DNA from: an uncultured Clostridia bacterium
Lineage (GTDB): Bacteria; Bacillota; Clostridia; Oscillospirales; CAG-272
Length of the DNA: 44,928 bases
NCBI GenBank assembly: GCA_937892405.1
Contig: CALAFS010000242.1
Span: 1 to 44,928, forward strand
Direction: 5' to 3'
Below, piece after piece: positions 25,383-34,034 of this stretch. A program made the position numbers and the translations under genes. Within the stretch, counting starts at the first letter, position 1; every line of letters starts with the position of its first letter. The notes under the pieces are model-generated. The model was not told the DNA's origin and searched no databases. It saw only the letters and a list, made by a program, of their open reading frames with translations.

Positions 25383-27325
25383 TTTTCAAGTCCCCTTTCC
25401 TGAATCTTTTTCAAAAGATAGGTTTCATAATTTTCGTGATTTGCGAGCTCTTCTCCCATATCCGCGATCTGCTGTTGTGCCGCAGCCTCCTGCTCACGCC
25501 GTGCTACAATCTCTTTGAAGTACTCCACATTCTCGCGGGCAAAGGGATAATGCGTACGCTCGAGAATCTGCCAGTACCGAAGCAAAGTCAGCGGATCGGA
25601 AGGATCTCCGTAGGTGCCGCTTTTCAGGTTGGCGAGATTTTCCTGCCACAAAGTTTCCCGGGAGCGCTCAATGTCGATCGTGGAATCCGTAGAAAAGAGA
25701 TATTCGTCATTGTAATACCACTCTCCCGACTCGTCCCGTTCGATGAAGTCGTAACGGTTGAACATGATATTCTGACGGTTTCCGAGAGCATCGATCACCA
25801 TCGCGGGACGCGGCTCGTCGGCGTAAGCAAGGTAATACTGAAAAATGATCTTGTCTATGCGAGCATAGGCGGAATTTTTCATCTGTCTCTTGCTGTCAAG
25901 CCGTCCCGCCGCCTGCTGAATCTGAAGCTGCTTTGCTTTTCCGCTCTGTGCCGAGCCGTCATACTGTCCCTGAAAGCTGTCCGTGATACCGAGAATCCGC
26001 TTTGCGTGATCGTAAAGGCGCTCCGCCTCTGCAATATCCTGCGAGATATTCGACTGAAGGTCAAGGATACCGTAGAGACCTTGCTGTCCCTGTTTCAGAC
26101 GGATCACCTGTCCGAACACCGAATTGTCCAAAGTAATATCGGAATCCTCGGGAATGGTCGGAAATACGCTCGATTTCATCAATTTCTCAAGAATACGGCT
26201 TTCCACCTTGTTGATTGCCTGCTGAAGCGGACGAATAAATTCGCAGTCCGACTGACCGAGAAGGCTATTCTCCTGCGAGGTATTCTTTCGGATCACGATC
26301 GGTAAAGCGTCCGGAAGATAGAACGGCAGCCGTGTCGGCTCTGTTTTCGGGATCTGCACATCTTCGAGGATCGGCAACAGCATACCGCTCTCGTCATCGG
26401 GTGCAAATCCGAGACTTCCATCTTCAAGAACCGCCTGACGCCGTGTCGTTTCGTATACGATTTGTCCGTCGCGAATCATCTCGGAGCGCGCGGGAATCAT
26501 ACCGTGTGAGGTAACGATATCACGGTCGAGCTCTTCGTATTCTTCACTTTGCAGAATAAGTTTCGGCTTCTCGCAAGAGCAGAGTTCTTTTCTCTTTCCG
26601 CATGTTGCGCAAACATAACGCTTTCTCGCGAAATAGTCATCAATGTCAAGAAGTTCGGTCTCTCCCGACCATACATACTCGCACACCTTATTCTCTTCGT
26701 TTTTGTAGTAGCAACAATAAAGAGTTGCCGTCTTATCGTCCGCGCCTTCGTCCGACTGCGTCGCATCGAGCAATTCGGGAGAAATATTGTACTGCCTGAC
26801 AATATCTTCTTTCGTTGTCTCAAAAGAGATGAAACAATACTCCATGTCATCGATGGAGTAGATGTTCGGTTGCCCGACGAAATGCTTCGGAGAGATACAC
26901 TTGATCCGGACATCTCCCACGGCGTTATGTGTAATGACAGAGTTGTCCCACTCCACAAGCCATACAGAACCTCCGTAAATCGGATTGTAGCGCTCGTCCA
27001 TATCGTTCTCTTCCTCGAAAGGAAGCTCGTCCCGTTTGTTGCGTAACAGCGTCTCAATGCTCTTCGCATTCCGCTCGTTCTTCTCGTTGTACATTTTCGG
27101 AGTTACGATAGGTGTCGGCAGATAGCTCGTGATCTGCGATTCAATGAGCTCGTATGTAATATTCCGGACATGCTTTGCAGGGGTATCGGAACCGTCGATC
27201 TCCTCCGATCCTTTGTACTGTCTGTAATACTTATCGAGAAGCTCGTTGTTCGTGTCACAGTAGCCTCTTGCCTCTTCATAAAGCTCCTTGAAAAAGGTGA
27301 GCTTATCGTTTGTATTGATAATCAT
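25379..27325 (-). CDS. Portal protein
   Basis: The 648-aa ORF lies immediately downstream of TerL with an ATGA overlap. Size and the region ITDSFQGQYDGSAQSGKAKQLQIQQAAGR fit portal proteins. Confidence 0.75.
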   Translation of the reverse strand: MIINTNDKLTFFKELYEEARGYCDTNNELLDKYYRQYKGSEEIDGSDTPAKHVRNITYELIESQITSYLPTPIVTPKMYNEKNERNAKSIETLLRNKRDELPFEEENDMDERYNPIYGGSVWLVEWDNSVITHNAVGDVRIKCISPKHFVGQPNIYSIDDMEYCFISFETTKEDIVRQYNISPELLDATQSDEGADDKTATLYCCYYKNEENKVCEYVWSGETELLDIDDYFARKRYVCATCGKRKELCSCEKPKLILQSEEYEELDRDIVTSHGMIPARSEMIRDGQIVYETTRRQAVLEDGSLGFAPDDESGMLLPILEDVQIPKTEPTRLPFYLPDALPIVIRKNTSQENSLLGQSDCEFIRPLQQAINKVESRILEKLMKSSVFPTIPEDSDITLDNSVFGQVIRLKQGQQGLYGILDLQSNISQDIAEAERLYDHAKRILGITDSFQGQYDGSAQSGKAKQLQIQQAAGRLDSKRQMKNSAYARIDKIIFQYYLAYADEPRPAMVIDALGNRQNIMFNRYDFIERDESGEWYYNDEYLFSTDSTIDIERSRETLWQENLANLKSGTYGDPSDPLTLLRYWQILERTHYPFARENVEYFKEIVARREQEAAAQQQIADMGEELANHENYETYLLKKIQERGLEK

Positions 27326-28734
27326 AAGGGATATCCTCCGTATTTTTTCACAAGTTTTTTTCTTTCCTCCGGGGTTGCGTTGTTGTAATCTTCGAGCCAG
27401 TCCTTGCGGTACGGCACGCGTTTTATCGTCTCGTCACGGTTCGGGTGCGTCCACGCGATGGCGAAATACCGCAGGGCGTCGGGACTGTGCGTGATCTCGT
27501 GCGGCTCGTTCAGCGTGTCCGTCGGGTGCCGCGGATCTCGCTGAAGCTCGGGAATGTTCTTGATAAGGATCGGGCAGGTTGTGAAAATGTGAAGCCTTGC
27601 TTCTCCGTTCGCCCCGGGAGTAAGCAGTTCCTTGATGGCGAGCCACCCTGCCTCCCTGTCGTTATTTGATTTCGTCAGTGTTAAGCCGTTTTCCTCAAAA
27701 ATTAATGCCCGGCTTCGTCCTGTCTCCTGTGAACGACTCCACAGATCGGGCGGTGCGAGTACCAAATGGATTTTTTCTCCTTCGGGGGTGTATGAAAGGA
27801 TTTCTTTCGCTGCAACGCCGATCGGTAGATTGCTTTTGCAAAGCTCTCGGTAGACATACACATTGCGCAGACTGTCAACGGCGAACCAATAGCAGGCAAG
27901 CATATCGAGTCCGTAGTCGAACGCGATATAGCGCCGCCATTCGCGCGGAATATCAAAAGGCTTACAGGTATGTAACTCTCGGCGGAATTCATCGAAATAC
28001 TGTCCGTCGAAGTAATCCCATTCCCCGTTGAGAAGTCCCTCGCGCTCTCCTTTCGGAAGGTTTTCAAGGCGAGTGATATATTCGGGGTCTTTCTCCATCA
28101 GGAAGCGATTGTCATACACCTTTGACGGAATGAAAATACGAGTCGCCGTGACAGGCTTTCCGTCCCGTCCGGTAGCAACGGTTACCCGGTGCAAGGTATT
28201 CCATGACCCGAGATCGACAAAGCGTTCCTTCACCCACACACGCCCTGCGCCTGTCGGGTTCGTCGATGATTTCATATACTTCGGATATCCGTTCGCACCG
28301 CGAAGACGGGAAAGCATATACACATACTGAAATTCGGAAAAGTGCGTCAACTCGTCAAAGCGGATGACATCGTATTCGGCGCTCTGATACTTGCGCACAT
28401 CGTCTTCAAGCTGTAAATACCCGCAGTCGATCAGGCTCCCGTTGAAGAAACGAAAGGTATGGTCTTTTTTGTTGTAGACATACTTCTTTGCCGGATAGAT
28501 CTCAAGCATCGTCCGCAGAATGGAACGCTCAAGTTCCGGGTAGGTTTTTCGGAAAATGATCTGCTTTGATCCCGGGTAGCGCAAAGCAAACAGAAACGCA
28601 TCGATCACCTGCGCGTAGCTCTTCCCTCCGCCCGCGGCACCGCCGAAAAGCGTCTCCGTCGCCTCGGACTCGATGAATTCGCACTGTTTTTCCGTAATAC
28701 TGAGTTCAATAGTCTCACGCTTACTTGATGACAT
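27322..28734 (-). CDS. terL: Terminase large subunit
   Basis: The Walker A motif is GGAAGGGKS and the Walker B-like motif is YDVIRFDELTHF. A C-terminal nuclease-type region follows. The gene sits after the small subunit. Confidence 0.92.
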   Translation of the reverse strand: MSSSKRETIELSITEKQCEFIESEATETLFGGAAGGGKSYAQVIDAFLFALRYPGSKQIIFRKTYPELERSILRTMLEIYPAKKYVYNKKDHTFRFFNGSLIDCGYLQLEDDVRKYQSAEYDVIRFDELTHFSEFQYVYMLSRLRGANGYPKYMKSSTNPTGAGRVWVKERFVDLGSWNTLHRVTVATGRDGKPVTATRIFIPSKVYDNRFLMEKDPEYITRLENLPKGEREGLLNGEWDYFDGQYFDEFRRELHTCKPFDIPREWRRYIAFDYGLDMLACYWFAVDSLRNVYVYRELCKSNLPIGVAAKEILSYTPEGEKIHLVLAPPDLWSRSQETGRSRALIFEENGLTLTKSNNDREAGWLAIKELLTPGANGEARLHIFTTCPILIKNIPELQRDPRHPTDTLNEPHEITHSPDALRYFAIAWTHPNRDETIKRVPYRKDWLEDYNNATPEERKKLVKKYGGYPL

Positions 28735-29119
28735 GAATATTGACCTCGTAGCCGTTCTCTTTATTGATGTCCGCCTCGACCTTATCCTTCATGTCGTGAT
28801 TGTTGATGGCTATGAATTTCGCAAAGGTCGGATTGTACTTCTCTGCCATAGCCCCCTCGATCAGATTTCCCTTTTGGATATTCTTACAGCGCGCGTAGCA
28901 GTTCCGAAAACGGGGATATTTATCACGCCAGTTGAGCAGCGTGTCATTTGTAACACCGATGTTTTCGGCAAAAAGCTCGAAAGTCGGAAATCCTTCGTAA
29001 GTTTTGAAGTACGAAATCATCTGCTCCCCGTATTCGGGGCAGTATTTCACGGCTTTTGTATTGCCGTTTTGAAAGCGGGTTTCTTCCCCCACCGTATTTC
29101 CTTTTTTGAATTTGCTCAT
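28721..29119 (-). CDS. terS: Terminase small subunit
   Basis: The protein is 132 aa from ATG 29119 with a GGGAGA RBS. The pattern FAENIGVTNDTLLNWRDKYPRFRNCYARCKNIQKGNLIEGAMAEKYNPTFAKFIAINN is typical of HTH-type TerS. Confidence 0.75.
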   Translation of the reverse strand: MSKFKKGNTVGEETRFQNGNTKAVKYCPEYGEQMISYFKTYEGFPTFELFAENIGVTNDTLLNWRDKYPRFRNCYARCKNIQKGNLIEGAMAEKYNPTFAKFIAINNHDMKDKVEADINKENGYEVNIHVIK

Positions 29120-29139
29120 TTTGTTCTCCCGAAAAAACA

Positions 29140-29200
29140 AAAAGAGCCATGTTCCCCTTTTCCGGGTTCCTTGGCTCTCGCTCTTGGCATTGGCTCTTTT
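29140..29200 (-). terminator. Terminator-like structured leader (H1) between late promoter copy B and terS
   Basis: On the minus strand, AAAAGAGCCAATG pairs with CATGGCTCTTTT. An alternative AGAGCCA partner exists at 29172-29178. The element is followed by TTTTGTTTTTT. Confidence 0.5.
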
Positions 29201-29205
29201 GTTTT

Positions 29206-29245
29206 ATTATAGCATAAGTTTACTTGCAATCTGTCCCACTCTTTC
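29206..29245 (-). promoter_or_regulatory. Late promoter-like element, copy B (extended -10 TGCTATAAT plus conserved upstream 16-mer)
   Basis: The minus strand reads GAAAGAGTGGGACAGATTGCAAGTAAACTTATGCTATAAT. It starts at the stop codon of 29244..29567 and lies about 90 nt upstream of terS. Confidence 0.5.
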
Positions 29246-29567
29246 AGAAAAAGAGCAATCTTCTTGCGATGTCGGCAATCAAGCGGTTTTTACGCTTATA
29301 ATACGCGTCTTTGGATAAAAGTTCCCGCGCGTCGGAATACCGATACCCGCGCCGCCTTACGATGTCGGCAATCATGCAAGGACGGAGAGCGGGTTCGAGA
29401 TTCTCGAGCGCTCTGTCTATCTCTGCATTCACGCGGCGATATTCTTCAAGGACGGCTTCCTCTCTTGTCCCGAGTCGGATGTCAAGGCTGCGGCGCCCGC
29501 GTTCGGCGATCACAGCAGTCACAAGATTCAACACGCCGGCGGGTACTTCTGACCGATAATATTTCAT
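29244..29567 (-). CDS. Putative late-gene regulator (ArpU/RinA-like activator or Q-like antiterminator)
   Basis: The 107-aa protein has a C-terminal HTH-like segment IADIVRRRGYRYSDARELLSKDAYYKRKNRLIADIARRL. It is the last gene before the terS promoter-like element. Confidence 0.45.
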   Translation of the reverse strand: MKYYRSEVPAGVLNLVTAVIAERGRRSLDIRLGTREEAVLEEYRRVNAEIDRALENLEPALRPCMIADIVRRRGYRYSDARELLSKDAYYKRKNRLIADIARRLLFF

Positions 29568-29884
29568 CCCTCTCTATCCTCCATGTTAATCGGTGTCCCG
29601 ACCGTCCCTACGCTTCCGCTCGCGTCCGTTCCGTCAAAAAATTCGCCGGGGTACGGATACATGAAACGGAACATCAGGTAATTTGCCGCATCGACGAGGT
29701 GCTCGGTGTTATGATCTTTTCGGAACGCATCGAGGCATCTCTCTGCAGTGGCAAGTGCGTCGACTCTTCCCCCGCCGAAATTGTCGCGTGCCGAACCGTA
29801 TTTGAAAAAAGAAACGGCGACGCGGTTTTGTCGCAGGATATCAAATCGTTCACTATACTCCCTCTCCGGCAACTTTTCCATCAT
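29564..29884 (-). CDS. Hypothetical phage protein
   Basis: The protein is 106 aa from ATG 29884 with an AAGGAG RBS. The motif KYGSARDNF...NTEHLVDAANYLMFRF vaguely recalls MazG-like pyrophosphatases, but I make no confident assignment. Confidence 0.5.
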   Translation of the reverse strand: MMEKLPEREYSERFDILRQNRVAVSFFKYGSARDNFGGGRVDALATAERCLDAFRKDHNTEHLVDAANYLMFRFMYPYPGEFFDGTDASGSVGTVGTPINMEDREG

Positions 29885-30242
29885 GAAGTCTCCTTTCTGC
29901 CTCCGCCCGCGTGGGCAAAGCCATATCCGAGCCAACAAGATCAATGTCAAGATCCCGGTTGACAATGTACCAGTGCCCGTCACGGAAAAAGACTCCGAAA
30001 ACACCGTTCGGCTCGCATTCCACTCTTCCCTCTGTCCGGTTGACCCACCAAACCGGATCGCCTATCCGAAAAGGCGCACTTTCTCTCTCCTCGGTGGAAA
30101 GTCCATCGGGAGAAAGAATTCTTTCAAGTGTATCGATTTGTTTTTGCAGAGCGTCCATGCGCTTCACCATCATACAGGAGATCGACTTCAATCGCTTTTC
30201 AAGCAAACCGACATATTTTTTCATCTGATTCTTTTTCGTCAT
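29853..30242 (-). CDS. Hypothetical phage protein
   Basis: The 129-aa ORF has an N-terminal coiled coil. I recognised no family. Confidence 0.55.
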   Translation of the reverse strand: MTKKNQMKKYVGLLEKRLKSISCMMVKRMDALQKQIDTLERILSPDGLSTEERESAPFRIGDPVWWVNRTEGRVECEPNGVFGVFFRDGHWYIVNRDLDIDLVGSDMALPTRAEAERRLHDGKVAGEGV

Positions 30243-30379
30243 TTTTTGTTTTCCTTCTTCCCTCTCATTTTATGTTTTATGATTCGTACGACGAAATAAA
30301 CGGCAAGGATTCCCGCCAATACCGTAAATGTAATCTGACTCACAGTGAAGAATATTCCCAACCGTCCGAAGGCATCCAC
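30239..30379 (-). CDS. Small single-pass membrane protein (46 aa)
   Basis: This ORF is below the ORF-track cutoff. It starts at a GTG 7 nt after GGAGGA. The sequence is (M)DAFGRLGIFFTVSQITFTVLAGILAVYFVVRIIKHKMRGKKENKK. Its stop overlaps the next ATG (ATGA). Confidence 0.35.
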   Translation of the reverse strand: MDAFGRLGIFFTVSQITFTVLAGILAVYFVVRIIKHKMRGKKENKK

Positions 30380-30538
30380 TCATTTATCCTCCGTGGCGGA
30401 AATTACATACTTCCATGCACGCCCGTCTTTTTCTCTTTTGGACTGCACAATGTATCCCATTTTCACAAGCAGTGCGCTTAAAGTTTTACGCTCTTCATCT
30501 GACAGAGGCGTCCCTCTCGACTGTGTTTCTATCTTCAT
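30380..30538 (-). CDS. Small hypothetical protein
   Basis: The protein is 52 aa from ATG 30538, which overlaps the upstream stop codon (ATGA). Confidence 0.45.
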   Translation of the reverse strand: MKIETQSRGTPLSDEERKTLSALLVKMGYIVQSKREKDGRAWKYVISATEDK

Positions 30539-31149
30539 GACAGCTCCTCCACATAGCACCAAGACTGCGGGGGACGGGTAAGTGCTTTCCTTTTACATTC
30601 ACCAAAGCACCAATCATCTTTTTTCTTGCAATAAAAGCCGTTTTTTATATACCCCGTGTCAGTGAAAGCGTAATAGCTTTGCTCGCGGTATTCGCATTGC
30701 TGAATTGCTTCTTTGTCTGCTACCGCAAACTCGCCAAGCTCCCGCGGCTTGTCGTAGATTTTGAGGTCTGAGATGTGCCAAGCAAAACAATACCGCCCGC
30801 TCGCGTATTCGTGCAATTCCCCTTCCGTCAAGCACGCCATCCCGACAAGTTGTTTTTCGATCTCATGGAGTCCCCCACGCAATAGACGCCAATCGTCTGT
30901 GCAAACATTGTAAAGCGGCGTTATGCAATCACACACAAACTCGCCGATGACCTTGCCGCGTCCCGTGTAAAGCACATGACCGTCCTCGTCGACGAATGTC
31001 GGCATATCCGACCGCGCTTTTGTCTCGTATATGTAGCACTTGAACGGTGTCTCGATCTTCGGTCGCGTCTTGCGCACCTCTATCGTCTTCTTGCCGCTCG
31101 CTATGAGGTCACACCACTTCGGGTGTATGCTGATAAGTACGGATTTCAT
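30535..31149 (-). CDS. ASCH domain protein with Cys-rich C-terminal extension
   Basis: The N-terminus MKSVLISIHPKWCDLIASGKKTIEVRK matches the ASCH/PUA-like signature (SI.P.W...I..G.KT.E.R). Confidence 0.6.
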   Translation of the reverse strand: MKSVLISIHPKWCDLIASGKKTIEVRKTRPKIETPFKCYIYETKARSDMPTFVDEDGHVLYTGRGKVIGEFVCDCITPLYNVCTDDWRLLRGGLHEIEKQLVGMACLTEGELHEYASGRYCFAWHISDLKIYDKPRELGEFAVADKEAIQQCEYREQSYYAFTDTGYIKNGFYCKKKDDWCFGECKRKALTRPPQSWCYVEELS

Positions 31150-31327
31150 TCTCTTCTCCTTTCAATACGCTATCGTCAACAATCATTTCGATTCGGTCAA
31201 GCCGTATTCTTAATTCGGCTCCGTTTTTCAGAGTGATTATGGCGGGGGTATTTCCGTCGATAATCTGAATACTGAGAATGTCCTTAATCAGTTTTTCTTT
31301 TTCGCCGTTGTTGTAATGCAAAAACAT
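31109..31327 (-). CDS. Small hypothetical protein
   Basis: The protein is 72 aa from ATG 31327. It has an AAGGAG RBS and a TAATG overlap with the upstream ORF. Confidence 0.5.
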   Translation of the reverse strand: MFLHYNNGEKEKLIKDILSIQIIDGNTPAIITLKNGAELRIRLDRIEMIVDDSVLKGEENEIRTYQHTPEVV

Positions 31328-31473
31328 TAACTGGTGCTCCTTTTCTCGGACGACTTGTCCGCTTCTTTCCACACATGGTAGAGCGCGTATGCAACCGGAT
31401 CGTTGACATACTGCTTCATGCGTACTTTTTCGTATTCCTCGCGCAATCGTTCGATTGCCTCTTCGATTGTCAT
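31327..31473 (-). CDS. Small hypothetical protein (48 aa)
   Basis: This ORF is below the ORF-track cutoff. The sequence is MTIEEAIERLREEYEKVRMKQYVNDPVAYALYHVWKEADKSSEKRSTS. It is tightly packed between its neighbours. Confidence 0.4.
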   Translation of the reverse strand: MTIEEAIERLREEYEKVRMKQYVNDPVAYALYHVWKEADKSSEKRSTS

Positions 31474-31480
31474 GTCTTAA

Positions 31481-31981
31481 TCACCACACGAAATCGGGGT
31501 GCTCTTCCATGAAGGGCTCAACGACTTCTTTAATCGCACGCTCGGCGGCTTCTTTTGTTGAAAAGTAAACATCGGTTGCTTTAAGGGTAAAATACCCGTC
31601 CACAACAAAAATACCTCTGGTGGAATCATATAGAATTACATAGTGAATTGCATCGCCATCCCACTCCGCCGTATCTTCGCACTCATTGTCATACGCGAAC
31701 TTTAACAGCTTGCGATAGAGCAACTGGTGAAGAGCGACTTGGTTTGCAAATGCTTCGTCGTTGAAATAATTCACGCTTGCAAATAATTTGTCGTCATTAA
31801 AGTCCCCCTGTTCGCAGAAGACTTGTGCTGTTTCGACGGCTGCCGCAAAATATATCTCGTCTGCGGGCACTCTATCAAATGGATTCTTTCTCTTTTTCTC
31901 GGGCTCAATCCCCAACTGCTTCAGCTGTTCCTCTGTCAGCTCTGTTTTCTTTCCGTTGATTACGATATAGTTTTCATTCAT
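31481..31981 (-). CDS. Hypothetical phage protein
   Basis: The protein is 166 aa from ATG 31981 (MNENYIVINGKK...). Confidence 0.55.
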   Translation of the reverse strand: MNENYIVINGKKTELTEEQLKQLGIEPEKKRKNPFDRVPADEIYFAAAVETAQVFCEQGDFNDDKLFASVNYFNDEAFANQVALHQLLYRKLLKFAYDNECEDTAEWDGDAIHYVILYDSTRGIFVVDGYFTLKATDVYFSTKEAAERAIKEVVEPFMEEHPDFVW

Positions 31982-32321
31982 GATTTTTCTTCCTTTCTTC
32001 AAGCGCCTTTTCGGCTTCTTCCTGCGTCGGAAATGTGTTATATCCCCATGTTACACCGTCTAAATACCAGTTTGTTATAACATTGACTGTGTCTCCTACA
32101 ATTATAAAGCCGGATACGCGATCGGCGACAATCGTAGTCTCTCCACCGATCACTACAACAGAGAAAACCCGATCCCCATATTTGCACGGCAGATGCATCC
32201 ACTCGGATTTATCGGAAAATTGTTTGCATATCCGGGCTTTAACCTGCGCAATACCGTTTCCGAAATAAGTGTCCGCAAGGCGGTCGCACGCTTCATAGTG
32301 CAAACAGTCTTTACATGTCAT
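31974..32321 (-). CDS. Cys-containing small phage protein
   Basis: The protein is 115 aa from ATG 32321, which overlaps the upstream stop (ATGA). The N-terminus reads MTCKDCLHYEACD. Confidence 0.55.
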   Translation of the reverse strand: MTCKDCLHYEACDRLADTYFGNGIAQVKARICKQFSDKSEWMHLPCKYGDRVFSVVVIGGETTIVADRVSGFIIVGDTVNVITNWYLDGVTWGYNTFPTQEEAEKALEERKKNHE

Positions 32322-32575
32322 TCGCTCTCGCCTCCGTCCATCTTTGCGCCGCACCATGGACAGAATTTATAGTGACTATGTCCTGCACCACCGCAGAAAG
32401 AACACGCGCGAAAAACTTTCGGCATGGCATCATACCATTGCGCGTGCCTGACTTCCTGCACATCGGCGATCGGCGCCCAATCCAATTCCGCAATAGGTAT
32501 AATATATTCGTGCCGTTCTTCGCTATATATCTTCTTTTCTTTTAACTTATCAGAGTCAATGTACCTGCTCATCAC
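32318..32575 (-). CDS. Zn-ribbon small phage protein
   Basis: The 85-aa protein carries a C-terminal CSFCGG...CPWCGAKM motif. Confidence 0.55.
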   Translation of the reverse strand: MMSRYIDSDKLKEKKIYSEERHEYIIPIAELDWAPIADVQEVRHAQWYDAMPKVFRACSFCGGAGHSHYKFCPWCGAKMDGGESE

Positions 32576-32849
32576 TCGCCCTCCTGTTCCATGCTTCGAT
32601 TGCTTTTTCTTTCAAAGAATCTCTTGATGATGCCCAGTTAGGCAGTTCACTTTCGCGCAGTCTTAACCGAGTCAAAATAACCTTTCCACCGACAGCTCCG
32701 CCGCGCGCATGACAGACATTACATCGTACTGAAAATGTTTCTCGTGCCACAGGTTCATCGGTTCCGGTTCTTCCGATTCTTCTATGTGTACCTTGAATTT
32801 TAAGTTTCTTGCTTCCGCAGAACGGGCAGGTCTTCAATTCTTCATTCAT
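32556..32849 (-). CDS. Lar-family restriction-alleviation-like protein
   Basis: The protein shows the N-terminal CPFCG, a central CNVCHARG and the C-terminal AIEAWNRRA signature of Lar-type proteins. Confidence 0.55.
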   Translation of the reverse strand: MNEELKTCPFCGSKKLKIQGTHRRIGRTGTDEPVARETFSVRCNVCHARGGAVGGKVILTRLRLRESELPNWASSRDSLKEKAIEAWNRRASDEQVH

Positions 32850-33082
32850 TGCCTATCCTCTCTCCCGTAACCGACGACCTTCAGTTCGCACCGCACCGGG
32901 AAAACGACGGTTTCGGTGTCCGTGGTAATCGGTGCGCCGGTGGAAAGACTGACGGCGTTATAGCCGCCGAGTTTCGTTTTCATTCGGACATCGGAGGCGT
33001 CGTCCTCGTAGAGGAGGAATGTCTCCCCCTCCCTCAGATCGCGGAATTCGCACGACCGTTTCATCTCCGTGGTGATTTTCAT
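32846..33082 (-). CDS. Small hypothetical protein
   Basis: The protein is 78 aa from ATG 33082 with an AAGGAG RBS. The ORF-track extension to 33253 overlaps the upstream gene. Confidence 0.5.
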   Translation of the reverse strand: MKITTEMKRSCEFRDLREGETFLLYEDDASDVRMKTKLGGYNAVSLSTGAPITTDTETVVFPVRCELKVVGYGREDRQ

Positions 33083-33096
33083 CTCTTTCGCTCCTT

Positions 33097-33507
33097 TCAC
33101 TCCATTTTCGCACCGCATCTCGAACAAAAGACGGGGTGCATCGATCTGTGAATCTTCGCGCCGACAGGAATGTGCAATGCCTTTGCAATATCCGTATCGG
33201 CAGAAATGATATCGCCAAGAATTTCGTCCGTAAAATGACCGCACACAGAGCACATGAGACTACCCGTAGTTTCATCTTCTTTCCAATGTCCCGTATGTCG
33301 TATTTGAGTCTCTTCCCTCTCTATACAGATATCAGCGGGACGGGTATGTACGCACTCGATCAGGGAGAAAGCGTCTTTTATTGTATCCAAGATATAAGTG
33401 CGTTCGTAAGTAAAGTAGCTCACGGTAACGGCAAATTTTCCGTGTCTTTTCACAAGGCATGTCCGCACGCCGAGAGTACCCCGTGCCTGGATATTATTTT
33501 TATTCAT
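33097..33507 (-). CDS. Zn-ribbon-containing hypothetical protein
   Basis: The 136-aa protein contains CSVCGH...CSRCGAKM. Confidence 0.55.
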   Translation of the reverse strand: MNKNNIQARGTLGVRTCLVKRHGKFAVTVSYFTYERTYILDTIKDAFSLIECVHTRPADICIEREETQIRHTGHWKEDETTGSLMCSVCGHFTDEILGDIISADTDIAKALHIPVGAKIHRSMHPVFCSRCGAKME

Positions 33508-33719
33508 TTTGAAAATCTCCTTTTTTTGATAATCTTTTCTCTCATGCTACGAATATTTCCCTGCATGCAGCATCCATCAATCCTATACGGACAGGGGCGT
33601 ACGCGGCGCCCCTCTCCAGACAAAGGAAGTCCGAAGCAGGTGTGTTGACTCCGGGGACAGTATTTTTCCACTGCCGCCCGATAATTTGTCAGCTCTTTGA
33701 TAGACCATTTCTCAATCAT
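33504..33719 (-). CDS. Cys-rich small hypothetical protein
   Basis: The 71-aa protein has seven Cys residues and a basic C-terminus. Confidence 0.45.
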   Translation of the reverse strand: MIEKWSIKELTNYRAAVEKYCPRSQHTCFGLPLSGEGRRVRPCPYRIDGCCMQGNIRSMREKIIKKRRFSK

Positions 33720-33734
33720 CGCCGATGCTCCCGT

Positions 33735-34034
33735 CTATATGTAATTTTTTCCGAAAAGACGACGAAATTCTTCGATACTCCAGCGGTAACATGACATTGC
33801 TACAACCTGTGCCCTCTTCTTGAGATCTCGATCTATCGCGGCATTTTTGTGCACTGCCTTCTCCCCGAATTCATGGCAGGAGAAATGGTGCAAGTACACG
33901 GTCAGACCGAATTTCTCCGATTTTTTTCGATACGCCCCGCCGAAAACATGATGCTTGTCCCTCGGATCGCCGAAGAAATTCCGCCCGCAAAGAAAGCACT
34001 TCTCTTTATCTTCCTGTAATATCGATTTAGCCAT
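33735..34034 (-). CDS. HNH-like (beta-beta-alpha-Me finger-like) small protein
   Basis: The protein is 99 aa from ATG 34034. Its pattern is CFLCG-x11-HHVFGG...LHHFSCH-x7-VH. Confidence 0.35.
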   Translation of the reverse strand: MAKSILQEDKEKCFLCGRNFFGDPRDKHHVFGGAYRKKSEKFGLTVYLHHFSCHEFGEKAVHKNAAIDRDLKKRAQVVAMSCYRWSIEEFRRLFGKNYI

